Assembly (NCBI GenBank): GCA_965218975.1
Contig: OZ244717.1
Location: forward strand, 594,347 to 658,346
From: Candidatus Oxydemutatoraceae bacterium
GTDB taxonomy: Bacteria > Pseudomonadota > Gammaproteobacteria > Poriferisulfidales > Oxydemutatoraceae
Direction of reading: 5' to 3'
Length of the DNA: 64,000 nt
The position numbers and the translations under genes are program-made. Every line of letters begins with the position of its first letter. Within the stretch, counting starts at the first letter, position 1. Positions 1-10,877 of the stretch are shown here, in pieces. The notes beneath the pieces were generated by a model. The model saw nothing but the letters and a program-made list of their open reading frames with translations, made no database searches and was not told the origin of the DNA.

Positions 1-486
1 TTGTTCGGCACGTTTCAATGTGCGGTTTGCAATAGTAATGCTTTGTAAACCGGTCTTAAGCAAGTCATATAAAATGCCGCGGCAAGCTCCGCCAGCACCG
101 ATGATGAGTAGTCTATATCCCTCCGGAGACAGTTGTAATCTCTGCAAGTCGCGAATTAAACCGACCCCGTCGGTATTATCGGCAAGGATAACTTGTCCCT
201 GATTCATAACCAGTGTGTTTGCGGCATTTGCAATTCGTGCTCGCGATGTCGCCTCTTCCGCCAGATTTAGTGTTTGTTCTTTAAACGGTAGTGTTACGTT
301 CGCACCGCAACCGCCCGCTTGCGCGAAATCGGCAACGGCTTTCGCGAAGCCGTCTACCGGAGCCTCAATAATCTCATACCGAATCGCCTCGTCGGTTTGT
401 TCACCGAATATAGTATGGATCTTCGGCGATAAGCTATGTATCGCAGGATTCCCCAAGATGGCATAGCGATCGAACTTACGCATCAT
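1..486 (-). CDS. aroE: Shikimate dehydrogenase, N-terminal ~160 aa (gene runs off the window start)
   Basis: Minus-strand translation from ATG at 484-486/481-483 gives [24 protein letters not shown]...LPFKEQ...ADNTDGVGL...LIIGAGGACRGILYDL. The substrate-binding NTDG motif and Gly-rich Rossmann motif are typical of AroE. Not in the ORF track because it has no stop inside the window. Its start codon overlaps the hemB stop. Confidence 0.75.
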   Translation of the reverse strand, partial: MMRKFDRYAILGNPAIHSLSPKIHTIFGEQTDEAIRYEIIEAPVDGFAKAVADFAQAGGCGANVTLPFKEQTLNLAEEATSRARIANAANTLVMNQGQVILADNTDGVGLIRDLQRLQLSPEGYRLLIIGAGGACRGILYDLLKTGLQSITIANRTLKRAEQ

Positions 487-1483
487 CCTTTAGCCATTCG
501 GCGGTTGCAAGCGCGTAATAAGTCATAATTGCACTTGCACCGGCACGTTTGATTCCGCTCAATGTTTCCAACACGCAGGGTTTCTCCGCCAACAAGTTTT
601 TCTGTACTGCCGCCTTCAACATTGCATATTCTCCGCTGACGTGATAGGCGAATACCGGAATGTCAAAACGTCTATGAATTTGATGAATCACATCCAGATA
701 CGGTGTTGCAGGTTTAACCATAATAATATCAGCACCTTCTTTAATATCCAATTCTGCTTCGGCAAGTGCTTCGCGTGAGTTGGCATAGTCCATTTGATAA
801 TTGTCTTTTCCCGTATCGCCGAGCGCGGCGCTAGATCGCACTGCGTCGCGAAACGGCGCATAAAAATTTGACGCATATTTTGCTGTGTAAGCGAGGATAC
901 GTGTGTTGTGGAAGCGTTGTGCTTCAAGCGCTTGGCGTATGGCTCCGATCCGTCCGTCCATCATGTCGGAAGGCGCAACGATGTCGGCGCCGGCTTCGGC
1001 GTGAGTCAAAGCTTGGCGGCACAGTATTGCGACTGTTTCATCATTTAGTACGTAGCCGTCGTTGTCTACTATTCCATCTTGTCCGTGTGTCGTGTAAGGG
1101 TCCAATGCGACATCGGTAATAACACCGAGTTCAGGCAGCTCTCGTTTCAAAAGGCGCACTATTGACGGAATCAGTCCGTCGGAGTTATAGGCTTCTGCGG
1201 CGCAAGCGCTTTTTTTGTCGGCGGCAATTACCGGAAAGATCGCAATGGCCGAAATGTTTAGTTGGTGTACCGTTTGAGCTTCTTTTAGCAGTAAGTCGGG
1301 AGTCAGACGTAAGCTGCCCGGCATTGAGTGAATTGCTTCCGACCGATTTTTCCCTTCCATCACAAACATCGGATAGATTAAATCACTCACATTGAGTGTG
1401 TGTTCGCGCATCAGGCGCCGACTAAAATTGTTACGGCGCATTCTGCGCATTCGAGTCGTCGGGTAATTACGGTGCATCAACAT
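476..1483 (-). CDS. hemB: Porphobilinogen synthase (delta-aminolevulinate dehydratase)
   Basis: 335-aa ORF; length and sequence character match ALAD/HemB; located in a heme-biosynthesis neighbourhood next to hemF. Confidence 0.88.
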   Translation of the reverse strand: MLMHRNYPTTRMRRMRRNNFSRRLMREHTLNVSDLIYPMFVMEGKNRSEAIHSMPGSLRLTPDLLLKEAQTVHQLNISAIAIFPVIAADKKSACAAEAYNSDGLIPSIVRLLKRELPELGVITDVALDPYTTHGQDGIVDNDGYVLNDETVAILCRQALTHAEAGADIVAPSDMMDGRIGAIRQALEAQRFHNTRILAYTAKYASNFYAPFRDAVRSSAALGDTGKDNYQMDYANSREALAEAELDIKEGADIIMVKPATPYLDVIHQIHRRFDIPVFAYHVSGEYAMLKAAVQKNLLAEKPCVLETLSGIKRAGASAIMTYYALATAEWLKDDA

Positions 1484-2411
1484 TTTCCGTTTTTAGCCAA
1501 TCGCGAGGCTGTAAATAGTTTAAGTATAAGCTTTCTTCGGCGCTTCCCGGCGCCGGCTTCCAATCATAGTGCCAAATCGCTTGCGGTGGTAGAGACATCA
1601 ACATCGATTCGCTGCGCCCGCCGGATTGTAATCCGAACAAAGTGCCCCGATCATAAATGAGGTTAAATTCGACATATCTGCCGCGACGGTATCGCTGGAA
1701 CCATCGTTCGTGTTCGGTGTAGGGATGTGCTATGTGCCGTTTGACGATGGCAAGATAGGCTGGAAGAAAACTGCCGCCTACGCTTTGTATAAACTTAAAA
1801 CAAACAGGAAAGCCCCATGCATTGAGTTCGTCAAAAAATAATCCGCCGATACCGCGGGTTTCGTTGCGGTGCTTCAAAAAGAAATAATCGTCGCACCATT
1901 TTTTATAGCGCGGATACACTTCCGTGCCGAACGGCTGACATGCTGCATATGCGGCACGATGCCAAGTAATCGCATCTTCAAAAAACGGGTAGTAGGGTGT
2001 CAAATCGTAACCGCCGCCGAACCACCAAACCGGCGGGTCGGTTTGTGTAAGAAAAAATCGGATATTGCAATGCGTTGTCGGCACATAAGGATTAAGCGGG
2101 TGTGCAACAACCGACACACCCAATGCTTCAAAACCGCAATTGCGCTCGGCAATGTTAATATGCCGGCCCCTTGCAGCCGGCGGTAATTGATTGCCGTAGA
2201 TATGCGAAAAATTAACTCCCGCTTTCTCAAACACATTGCCGTCCGACAAAGTACGGGTGATGCCGCCGCCACCTTCCGTTCTTTGCCAGCGGTCGGTCGC
2301 AAAGTTTTGTTTGCCGTCGCTTTCGGATAAGGCGGCGCATAAATGTTTTTGCAGTTTGAGCAAGTACGTTTTCACTTCATCAATGCGAGGTATGATATTA
2401 CGTGTATTCAC
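1467..2411 (-). CDS. hemF: Oxygen-dependent coproporphyrinogen III oxidase
   Basis: 314-aa ORF with TEGGGG and the conserved C-terminal half typical of HemF; its stop overlaps the hemB start by 17 nt. Confidence 0.88.
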   Translation of the reverse strand: MNTRNIIPRIDEVKTYLLKLQKHLCAALSESDGKQNFATDRWQRTEGGGGITRTLSDGNVFEKAGVNFSHIYGNQLPPAARGRHINIAERNCGFEALGVSVVAHPLNPYVPTTHCNIRFFLTQTDPPVWWFGGGYDLTPYYPFFEDAITWHRAAYAACQPFGTEVYPRYKKWCDDYFFLKHRNETRGIGGLFFDELNAWGFPVCFKFIQSVGGSFLPAYLAIVKRHIAHPYTEHERWFQRYRRGRYVEFNLIYDRGTLFGLQSGGRSESMLMSLPPQAIWHYDWKPAPGSAEESLYLNYLQPRDWLKTENVDAP

Positions 2412-2464
2412 GACAATATTCTACAGTGTTATATTTTCGGTGAGCGTCTCGCTTCAGGCTAAAC

Positions 2465-3013
2465 TCAGGTGCGGATATATGTACCGCTAATCGCATCGGC
2501 GATCGGCGTCGGTTTGCTTGCGCCGGCAACTTTACCGGTAACGATGCCGTCGATTCCTAACGGAAAAATGCGCGCAACTTCTGCAGCGGTAGTCGCCGGC
2601 GGTTCGCCGTGCCGATTAGCGCTAGTAGACACCAATGCACACCCGGCGCTACGACACAAAGCGGCGGCAATAGGGTGGGCGGTTACTCGCACGGCAATAC
2701 TATCGTGCCCGCCGGTTAGCCATTTCGGACAACTGTCGGTTATCGGAAACAACCAAGTATGTGCTCCCGGCCAACTTGCGGCAACTATCTGTCTGCGATT
2801 CTCCGGAATCGCTTTGCAGTAGGAAGTGATTTGGTCGATATTCTCTGCAATTAAAATCATGCCGCAATGATGCGGACGTTTTTTTAGCCGATATATGCGT
2901 TTGACCGCAGCCTCAATATTCGGATCGCAACCAAGCCCAAATACCGCTTCGGTCGGATAAGCAACAATACCTCCGCGGCGGATGATGTTTGCCGCCTCGC
3001 TAATCTTTAGCAT
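2465..3013 (-). CDS. tsaC: L-threonylcarbamoyladenylate synthase (YrdC/TsaC family)
   Basis: 182-aa ORF with a YrdC-fold N-terminus (IVAYPTEAVFGLGCDP), the usual size and motif of TsaC/RimN; overlaps topA by 14 nt, the common tsaC-topA linkage. Confidence 0.8.
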   Translation of the reverse strand: MLKISEAANIIRRGGIVAYPTEAVFGLGCDPNIEAAVKRIYRLKKRPHHCGMILIAENIDQITSYCKAIPENRRQIVAASWPGAHTWLFPITDSCPKWLTGGHDSIAVRVTAHPIAAALCRSAGCALVSTSANRHGEPPATTAAEVARIFPLGIDGIVTGKVAGASKPTPIADAISGTYIRT

Positions 3014-5351
3014 TACCGAATTTCTTCTTCGCCGGTACGGCGCGTTTCTTTTTCAGAGGCGCTGCCTCCAGCAGGCTTTGACATTCTTCCAAACTTAATG
3101 TCGCAGCATCGGTGTCTTTGCCTATGCGCACGTTGTTACTGCCGTCGGTGATAAACGGTCCCCATCGCCCTTTGAGGATTCGAACATTGCAGCCGGGGAA
3201 ATCTCTAATGACTTTTTTGGCATCCGCTTGTTTCTTTGCTGCAATCACTTCCAACGCGCGTTCCAAAGTAATGGTGTACGGGTCGTCTTCTTTGAGCGAG
3301 GCAAACTTGTTCCCGTATCTGAGATAAGGACCATATTTGCCGATATTCGCTTGCACCGGTTCTCCTTCATGTGTTTCGCCGATTTCTCGCGGTAGATTAA
3401 ACAATTCCAGCGCCTCTTCCAATATGATTTGACTGATCTTTTGGTGGGGACGCAATGATGAAAATTGCGGTTTCTCGTCGTCTTCACGAGTGCCGATTTG
3501 CGCGTAAGGACCGTATCGTCCGAGCCGAACACTGACTGTTCTGCCGCTTTTCGGATCAGTACCCAATTCGCGTATCGGACTGGCGTCGGCGCGGGTAACG
3601 TTTTTCTCCGTCGAGTCGACCATTTGCTTAAAAGGTTTCCAGAATTCACGCATTACCGGAATCCAATCGCGTTCACCGCGCGAGATATTATCCAACTCGT
3701 CCTCCAAATCGGCGGTAAATTCGTAGTCGACATAGCGATTAAAATATTTGGTTAGGAAACAGTTTACAGTACGTCCGGTGTCGGTCGGGTGAAAACGTTT
3801 TTTTAGCAACTCGGCATAGCCGCGATTCTGTAATGTTGCAATAATTGACGCATAAGTTGACGGACGACCGATACCGTGCCCTTCAAGCGCTTTGACCAAG
3901 CTGGCTTCCGAATAGCGCGGCGGTGGTTCGGTGAAGTGCTGTTCGGCATTAATTTTCTCTAAAGCGACACGTTCCTTTTCGCTTAAAGGCGGTAATTTTT
4001 GTTCGTCCGAGTTTCCCTCTTTCTTTATTCTGCAACTGCTTGATTCCCTTTCTTCATGCGCTTCGGTATAGGCTAGCATAAAACCGGGTTCTATGACGGT
4101 CGAGCCGGTCGCGCGCAATGTGTAATCGCCACATTGAAAATCGACGCTTACCGTATCTAAGGTTGCATGAATCATCTGACATGCAACGGTACGTTTCCAA
4201 ATTAATTCGTACAAACGGTACTGGTCGGCCTGCAAATAATTTTTAGTCGATCGGGGAGTGTGCATCATTGAAGTCGGGCGTATGGCTTCGTGCGCTTCTT
4301 GAGCATTTTTAGATTTGGTTTTATACAAACGCGGTTTGTCGGGGACACGTTCCTTTCCATACTCCCGCCCTATGTAATTACGGATTTCTTTGATTGCGTC
4401 ATTGGCAAGTGTGACCGAATCGGTCCGCATGTAAGTGATCAAGCCGACCGGGCCGGAACCCAAATCAATTCCTTCGTACAATTGTTGTGCAATGCGCATC
4501 GCTTTGCTTGCTGAGAACCCGAGCTTACGTACCGCATCTTGTTGTAAGGTTGATGTGGTGAACGGCGGCTGAGGATGACGCTTACGTTGTTTCTTTTCAA
4601 TTTTTGCGACAGACACTCCGTCTGCGGCAACAGTTCGGATTGCATCACGTATTTGAAAAGCGTGCTTTTCATCAGCGATATCAAACTGATTGACTTTTTT
4701 CCCATTGATCGCATACAGACGCGCAGGGAATCGGCTTTCCTCTTTGTTTAGCAAAGCATCAATCGTCCAGTATTCGCGCGGTTTGAATGCTTCGATTTCG
4801 AGTTCTCTTTCGACGATCATGCGCAATGCCGGACTCTGCACGCGCCCCGCTGATAACCCACTTTTGATTTTGCGCCATAATAACGGCGACAGATTAAATC
4901 CGACCAGATGATCCAATGCTCGACGCGCTTGTTGCGCATTAATTAAATCGTTCGATAAGTTGCGCGGATTTTCAAATGCTTTGAGAATTGCGCTTTCGGT
5001 TATTTCGTGAAAGACGATGCGGTAGATGTTTTTTTTGCCCAAGAGTTTCTTTTCTTTAAGCAGTTCGCACAGATGCCATGAGATCGCTTCACCCTCACGA
5101 TCGGGGTCGGTGGCAAGATACAGGTTGTCCGCTTTTTTCAAGGAGGTAACAATTTGCCCGATTTGTTTTCCGCTGTTTTTTAATGCCTCGTACTTCATTT
5201 CAAAATCATTGTCAGGATCAACCGCGCCTTTTTTCGGAATGAGGTCGCGGATATGTCCGTACGAGGCAAGGATATCATAATCCTCACCTAGAAATTTCTT
5301 GAGCGTTCTAGATTTTGCCGGTGACTCGACGACAACTAAATTCATGAGCAA
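3000..5351 (-). CDS. topA: DNA topoisomerase I
   Basis: 783-aa ORF; N-terminal TOPRIM (VVVESPAKSRTLKKFLG), central Topo IA core and C-terminal Zn-ribbon/Lys-rich tail. Confidence 0.92.
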   Translation of the reverse strand: MLMNLVVVESPAKSRTLKKFLGEDYDILASYGHIRDLIPKKGAVDPDNDFEMKYEALKNSGKQIGQIVTSLKKADNLYLATDPDREGEAISWHLCELLKEKKLLGKKNIYRIVFHEITESAILKAFENPRNLSNDLINAQQARRALDHLVGFNLSPLLWRKIKSGLSAGRVQSPALRMIVERELEIEAFKPREYWTIDALLNKEESRFPARLYAINGKKVNQFDIADEKHAFQIRDAIRTVAADGVSVAKIEKKQRKRHPQPPFTTSTLQQDAVRKLGFSASKAMRIAQQLYEGIDLGSGPVGLITYMRTDSVTLANDAIKEIRNYIGREYGKERVPDKPRLYKTKSKNAQEAHEAIRPTSMMHTPRSTKNYLQADQYRLYELIWKRTVACQMIHATLDTVSVDFQCGDYTLRATGSTVIEPGFMLAYTEAHEERESSSCRIKKEGNSDEQKLPPLSEKERVALEKINAEQHFTEPPPRYSEASLVKALEGHGIGRPSTYASIIATLQNRGYAELLKKRFHPTDTGRTVNCFLTKYFNRYVDYEFTADLEDELDNISRGERDWIPVMREFWKPFKQMVDSTEKNVTRADASPIRELGTDPKSGRTVSVRLGRYGPYAQIGTREDDEKPQFSSLRPHQKISQIILEEALELFNLPREIGETHEGEPVQANIGKYGPYLRYGNKFASLKEDDPYTITLERALEVIAAKKQADAKKVIRDFPGCNVRILKGRWGPFITDGSNNVRIGKDTDAATLSLEECQSLLEAAPLKKKRAVPAKKKFGNAKD

Positions 5352-5381
5352 ACCTCTTTCAAAATAATGAATCGATATAGT

Positions 5382-6494
5382 TTATAACAAACGGATGTAA
5401 ACGCTATTTTGTACGCTAATATACCCTTTTAATTCCAATGCGGATAAGGTGGATAAAATTTCAGAAATAGGTAAATTACACCGCGTTACAAGATCATCCG
5501 CCGTTGTGGGCGAATCATACTCCATCTTTATCAACACTTCTTGTTGGTGAGGATTTAAGTCTGCTTCGGGTGTCGCAACCGTTGTTGCGGAATCCATCTG
5601 CGATGTTGCTGATATATCAAGCATCGGTGCCAATTCGGCAATGATATCTTCCGGGGTATGTACTAATTTTGCGCCCTGTTGAATCAAACGATGACAACCA
5701 GCAACCATCGGATTGCTCACCGAACCCGGGAGAGCCAAAACTTCGCGATTTTGTTCGCATGCAAAACTTGCAGTAATTAACGAGCCGCTGCGTCGTGCGG
5801 CTTCCACCACTAAAACACCGAGAGATAATCCGCTGATAAGCCGATTACGCTGTGGGAAGTGCTGTGACTTTGCTCGTATGCCGCAGGAAAATTCCGACAC
5901 GATCACACCATCTTCCGCAATACGTTCGGCAAGTTTCTTATTTTGTGTCGGATACACCAAATCAGATCCGGTTGCAATGACTGCAACAGTGGGTGCGTTG
6001 TAATCTAAGGCAGCCCGATGTGCGGCTGTATCGATACCCAATGCAAGACCGCTGGTAATTGTCAAGCCGTAGTTTACAAGTGCGCCGACAAAGTTATGTG
6101 TATGACGTAATCCGGCAGCAGTCGGACGACGGGAGCCGACGACAGCAATTTGAGGCAGTTTCAATAAATCGATGACACCGGTAGCAAATAATACGACCGG
6201 CGCGGCGCTAATTTCACGTAATTGCGGTGGGTATGCCGCATCGGTATAAATGAGAATATGATGGTCGGTTTGTTGTCCCCATGCCAAGTCACGCTCAATT
6301 AATGGCTCGCATGGCTGCTGTAAAAATTGGATGGTTACTTGATGCATGCCGTTAGCTTTAAGCTCCGCTGCCGACGTCGAACGCAGTGTGACAATATCGC
6401 CATAGTGCTGTAAATATTTTAATGCACGGCGCGCGCCCAACTTAGGCGCATGATGTAAAGTCAGCCAATCGTGTAGCGATATTGATCCGTGCAT
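5382..6494 (-). CDS. dprA: DNA processing protein DprA (Smf)
   Basis: 370-aa ORF with the DprA Rossmann-like core; canonical position divergent from def-fmt. Confidence 0.85.
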   Translation of the reverse strand: MHGSISLHDWLTLHHAPKLGARRALKYLQHYGDIVTLRSTSAAELKANGMHQVTIQFLQQPCEPLIERDLAWGQQTDHHILIYTDAAYPPQLREISAAPVVLFATGVIDLLKLPQIAVVGSRRPTAAGLRHTHNFVGALVNYGLTITSGLALGIDTAAHRAALDYNAPTVAVIATGSDLVYPTQNKKLAERIAEDGVIVSEFSCGIRAKSQHFPQRNRLISGLSLGVLVVEAARRSGSLITASFACEQNREVLALPGSVSNPMVAGCHRLIQQGAKLVHTPEDIIAELAPMLDISATSQMDSATTVATPEADLNPHQQEVLIKMEYDSPTTADDLVTRCNLPISEILSTLSALELKGYISVQNSVYIRLL

Positions 6495-6762
6495 CCGTCT
6501 ATTGAAAGAGACCTTTTGCGCTCGCTGAAAGACTTCCCGATGAATGGCAGTGTTTGAGAGATAGATGGTTGTGGTCTAAAGTTTGTAAAAACCCTTTCCG
6601 TCCCGCAGTTATAGGATCTTCTTGAAGAGAAGCTCAAGGATAATGCTATTGCCGAATGCTTCCCTTGAAGATCTTCAAGAATCCCATTTAGGGTGGCATC
6701 GTACAACTGAGGCGTAAATTTGCTATAATATCCATTATAGCGATGACCGAAGCGGTGATGAG

Positions 6763-7281
6763 ATGGCGATATTAAATATTCTAAAATTTCCTGATAAACG
6801 CCTTAGGAATAAAGCGGAGTCTGTTTTGCAAGTGGATAATAAAGTGCGTCAGATAGTGGATGATATGTTGGAGACCATGTACGAAGCGGCAGGTATCGGC
6901 TTGGCGGCAATTCAAGTTGACATCAAACAGAAAATTATTGTGATTGATATTTCCGAAGATCGCGATATACCTCTGTGTTTGATCAATCCTGAAATTCTCG
7001 AACAAGAAGGCCGCGCTGAAATTGAGGAAGGATGCCTATCGGTACCGGATTATTCGGCGAAAGTACAACGTGCCACGAAGTTAAAAGCGCATGCGCTCAA
7101 CCGTGACGGCAAGTCGTTCGAGCTTAACGCGGACGGATTGTTGGCAATCTGTATTCAACATGAAATGGATCATTTGGACGGTAAATTATTTATCGATTAT
7201 TTGTCGCCGCTGAAACGTGAGTATCTGACGCGCCGGATTAGGAAAAAGCATACGAGCAAAATTCAAGCCGTCGCCATTTAG
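6763..7281 (+). CDS. def: Peptide deformylase
   Basis: 172 aa with the three PDF motifs [14 protein letters not shown] and HEMDHLDG. Confidence 0.93.
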   Translation: MAILNILKFPDKRLRNKAESVLQVDNKVRQIVDDMLETMYEAAGIGLAAIQVDIKQKIIVIDISEDRDIPLCLINPEILEQEGRAEIEEGCLSVPDYSAKVQRATKLKAHALNRDGKSFELNADGLLAICIQHEMDHLDGKLFIDYLSPLKREYLTRRIRKKHTSKIQAVAI

Positions 7282-7320
7282 CAATATCTCTTTCTCTTTG
7301 TTTCTTTACTACTGCGGTGA

Positions 7321-8295
7321 TTGACTATGCGTGTTGTCTTTGCCGGCACGCTGGCTTCTACCATCCCTATCATCGAGACGATTGCACGAAACACACAGAA
7401 ATGTTCACTTGTTGCAATCTACACCCAACCCGATCGTAAAGCCGGACGCGGGCGCAAACCGAGAGCAAGCGCGGTCAAGCAATGGGCGTTGGCGCGCGGG
7501 TATTCATTGGAGCAACCCGCGCAGTGGGATGAAGCGGCAATAGTGCAGTTGCGGCAATATCGGCCGGATTTACTGATTGTCGCTGCGTATGGTGTGCTGC
7601 TTCCGCAAGCGGTTATCAATTTGCCGTCACTTGCGTGCATGAATATTCACACATCTTTATTGCCTAGGTGGCGCGGCGCCGCGCCGGTGGTACGTGCCAT
7701 TCAACACGGCGATACGGTTACCGGCGTGAGCTTGATGCGGATGCGTTTGGCGCTTGATACCGGGGAGATTATTAGTCAGAATAAATGCCCGATTTCTGAG
7801 GTTGACACTGCCGGTACATTGTGTCAAAAACTCATGGCATCGGTGAGTACGATGCTTGAGGATTTTCTAAAGGATGCCGCAAGTAAAATTGCTGAAGCTA
7901 AGCCGCAATCTGATGCGGGAGTATGCTATGCGCAAAAAATCACTAAACAGGAGGCGTGGATTGACTGGAATCAATCGGCACGGCAGATTGTTCGACAAGT
8001 TCGCGCATTCAATCCGATACCGGTTGCTCAGACGTACTGTCAAGACAGTAGTTTAAGGGTGTGGCGTGCTGCGGTTTTTGATTCGGTATCCGCCGCAACT
8101 CCGAGTGCAGAAAATGTGCCGGGAGAGATTATTGCAGTTCAACCTGCAGGCATCGCCGTTCGCTGCGGTAAAGGGATAGTGTCTTTGACCGAAGTGCAGC
8201 TTGCCGGGAGAAAAGTTTTGCCGGCATTTTCTTTTGCTCAAGGGTATGATTTGGCTGGGGTTGTGCTAGGCAAGTCGCTGCAAGACGAAGAATAG
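7321..8295 (+). CDS. fmt: Methionyl-tRNA formyltransferase
   Basis: 324 aa with the formyltransferase motif HTSLLPRWRGAAPV; immediately downstream of def. Confidence 0.92.
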   Translation: MTMRVVFAGTLASTIPIIETIARNTQKCSLVAIYTQPDRKAGRGRKPRASAVKQWALARGYSLEQPAQWDEAAIVQLRQYRPDLLIVAAYGVLLPQAVINLPSLACMNIHTSLLPRWRGAAPVVRAIQHGDTVTGVSLMRMRLALDTGEIISQNKCPISEVDTAGTLCQKLMASVSTMLEDFLKDAASKIAEAKPQSDAGVCYAQKITKQEAWIDWNQSARQIVRQVRAFNPIPVAQTYCQDSSLRVWRAAVFDSVSAATPSAENVPGEIIAVQPAGIAVRCGKGIVSLTEVQLAGRKVLPAFSFAQGYDLAGVVLGKSLQDEE

Positions 8296-8782
8296 TAAAG
8301 GGCCGGGCACATACCGTGAAATACTTCTCAATCAGTGGCGAAAAGCCCCGGCATGGCCTCTAGGTATTGAAGTAGAAAAGGGTATTTTCCGCAGAGGAAA
8401 TGATGAAGAAATCCGGACCGGAAGGTTGACATGCGCGACATAGAAACGAAGCTTGCGAGCGGATAACGTAGTAGAATCAAGGATTACAAAGCAATCGTTC
8501 GAGACTCCGATAACAAAGTACTGGGGTTGTGGGTACAAACCGGAAGCCTGCGCAGAACGGGCAGGTATTTAAGTTCCTAGATCCGTTTGTTAATGCGGGC
8601 AGCATTTAGCTTGAAACAGCAGGCAGCCTAAAGGACGGACGTAACGTCTGGGTGCTTGCAAGTCTAGGCTCCGGTTTTACCCCGGCAAAGGGTGATGAAA
8701 TGAGGTTGATTTTTCAGCAGGCGAAAGCGCGTCCGTAGCAATGGCAAATGCGCTAATGTGTGTAAATACAAAACTGTGCATA

Positions 8783-10861
8783 TCAGGCCCAGAGCCAATC
8801 CAGTTCCGAGAACGCGAGCTTGCGGTCAAAGTTCTCGATGTTGTCTCGGACATTCAGGATCAGGCAGCGGTCGCCGCCGCCATTCTTCGGTCCCCGCAAG
8901 CCCCTGCCGATCATTTGGAAGTAAAGGTTCGGGCTATACACCGGCCGTGCCACGATGATGGCGCGGGTCTTGGGCGCGTCGAATCCCTCCCGGAACACGG
9001 CGTAGTTCACGAGCGCTTTGATCTCGCCGCGACGGAACTCCTCGACCACGCGGCGGCGGGTCGCCGTTTCCGTCTCTGCACTCACGGCGCGCGACCGGAT
9101 GCCCCTCCGATTGAGGAGAGCCGCCACCGTCTGCGCATGCTCGACGGATGTCGCGAAGATGAGGGTGGGCCAATCCGGATCGACATGCTGTCCATAGGCT
9201 TCGATAATGCGCCTCGTCTGTTCGGCGCTCCGGGCGATCCGGTCCTCGACACTCGGCGGCAACCAAGGCAGCGACAGCCACTTTTCCAGTTCCCGCTCCC
9301 GATCATCGGAGTCGAGGGAGTTTTCCAAGATATCGTCGAGCGAGAATGTTTCGCCCTCGATGGTTTTGTGATCCGCTTGGGCCAGCACATCCTTAGCCTG
9401 TAGCTCCTGAATAACGTCTTGGGCGTTGTCGCTCTCGAATGCTCCGGCATCGAGCCGGTTGCCACCGTAACGATTGGCCAGCCACTTTGTTTCTTCCTCG
9501 TTGTATCCACGATAGGGAGTAGCGGTGAGGCCGAGCATGAATGGCTCGTCGGCCCTTTGGAAGCGCGTCAAGCCGATTTCGTCCATAACCGAAGTGAAGG
9601 TCGGGGCAATCGACCGATGCGCCTCGTCGAAGACGACCAGCTTGAAATTGGCCAGAAATTCGTATTCGCCGGGCTGCTTGGATAGCTTGGCATTGAGCGT
9701 CTGGATCGTCGCGACGACGACATGAAGGTCGCTTGTGGGGAGCGGTTTCGGTTGTCCGTCCCACATTCTGGAAACGCGAAGATGCGATTCATGAGGACCG
9801 ATACTCGACCAGACTTGGCGCCAAGCCTCCATAGCCTGCTCGCAAAGCTCGCTCCGGTCAGCGACCCATAGGATGCCACCTTTGAAGCCGCCATCGCGCA
9901 TCGCTTCGACGATCGCCTGAACGGCAACCCGCGTTTTACCCGATCCGGTCGGCATGCTGATCATCCCGCGTCGTTCGGCACCGCCCCCGTGCTCGTTATC
10001 CAGCATGTTTCGGACGTTATCGGCGATAGTCTTCTGGTAGTCATGGAGGAGCGAAAGGGAGCAGGGACCTTCGACTTCCAAGAAGGGATCACGTTTCTTC
10101 TTTCGCTCTCCGGCCCATTCAGTGGAGAACCCGAGCGAATGCACGAACTCGATGGCCCGAGGCGACCCGGCCCATTGCGACGGCGGATCGAGACGGTCCA
10201 GCGCTTGCTTGTATCGCTTGAGCGCATCGGTGTGATACATCGCGATGGCCGCTCCCGTGATCTTGACGCCCGTCAGCGTGATGCTGTCCTTCTCGAGCTT
10301 GAGCACGTCCAAAAGCGAAGCAGGAAGTTCTGTGTGTAGCTGTTGTTCTCCCACCGCAGCCAAGAGACGTTCGGCATCGGTCAAGTGCTGCCGTATTGCG
10401 GCGCGTTGTTCCTCGATCTCCTGCGGCGTCTTGCGCTGCACAATTGCCAAAATCTGCGTGGGACTCAGTTTAAGTTCCAATTCGCCTGCAACGACCTTCA
10501 GTTTACGTTGCTCGTCATCGTCAACAGTGCCTTCGAGATAGATGTCGGGGGAGAGAAAGACACACTCGCGTGATTCATCCATGACCAGGATTCGTTCGCA
10601 GGGGACGATACGGCATCGCTTCTGATGATCCTGAAGGTGTTCCTCCAATCCGGGCCAAACATCGGTCAGTGGGATTGGGTCTCCTTCGCTGAATAACTTC
10701 GGGGTTGGTTCGGTCAGATCGAACGCCGCCTTGATTTCTTCGGCTTTCGGATGGTTCAGTAGCACGTGCAGAGCTTCCGGGTTCGCCGGGTGAGGCCCAA
10801 GTGCGTCCTTCAGCGACACAATGCCAGTGGACGTTCGGATTCGTCCGTGCTCGTGGAGCAT
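8783..10861 (-). CDS. SF2 DEAH-box helicase (restriction-enzyme-Res-like) with a ~300-aa uncharacterised N-terminal domain
   Basis: Walker A MPTGSGKT, DEAH box VVFDEAHRS, LGLTATPYR and helicase-C QMIGRGLRG motifs. The ORF is open to 11023, but ATG at 10861 lies 16 nt after the upstream gene stop and avoids a 145-nt out-of-frame overlap. Confidence 0.7.
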   Translation of the reverse strand: MLHEHGRIRTSTGIVSLKDALGPHPANPEALHVLLNHPKAEEIKAAFDLTEPTPKLFSEGDPIPLTDVWPGLEEHLQDHQKRCRIVPCERILVMDESRECVFLSPDIYLEGTVDDDEQRKLKVVAGELELKLSPTQILAIVQRKTPQEIEEQRAAIRQHLTDAERLLAAVGEQQLHTELPASLLDVLKLEKDSITLTGVKITGAAIAMYHTDALKRYKQALDRLDPPSQWAGSPRAIEFVHSLGFSTEWAGERKKKRDPFLEVEGPCSLSLLHDYQKTIADNVRNMLDNEHGGGAERRGMISMPTGSGKTRVAVQAIVEAMRDGGFKGGILWVADRSELCEQAMEAWRQVWSSIGPHESHLRVSRMWDGQPKPLPTSDLHVVVATIQTLNAKLSKQPGEYEFLANFKLVVFDEAHRSIAPTFTSVMDEIGLTRFQRADEPFMLGLTATPYRGYNEEETKWLANRYGGNRLDAGAFESDNAQDVIQELQAKDVLAQADHKTIEGETFSLDDILENSLDSDDRERELEKWLSLPWLPPSVEDRIARSAEQTRRIIEAYGQHVDPDWPTLIFATSVEHAQTVAALLNRRGIRSRAVSAETETATRRRVVEEFRRGEIKALVNYAVFREGFDAPKTRAIIVARPVYSPNLYFQMIGRGLRGPKNGGGDRCLILNVRDNIENFDRKLAFSELDWLWA

Positions 10862-10877
10862 CCAGACTGCTGGCGAT

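Noticed and set aside
20-466. Plus-strand ORFs 20..202 and 215..466
   Set aside because: The opposite strand encodes a convincing AroE N-terminus with catalytic motifs. The plus-strand ORFs are antisense artefacts.
8296-8740. tmRNA, RNase P RNA, SRP RNA or tRNA at the island junction
   Set aside because: There is no GGGG...tag-peptide...CCA architecture and no ANDENYALAA-like tag codons. The conserved P4 strands of RNase P RNA are not present. The SRP domain IV consensus is absent. No T-loop/acceptor pairing was found.
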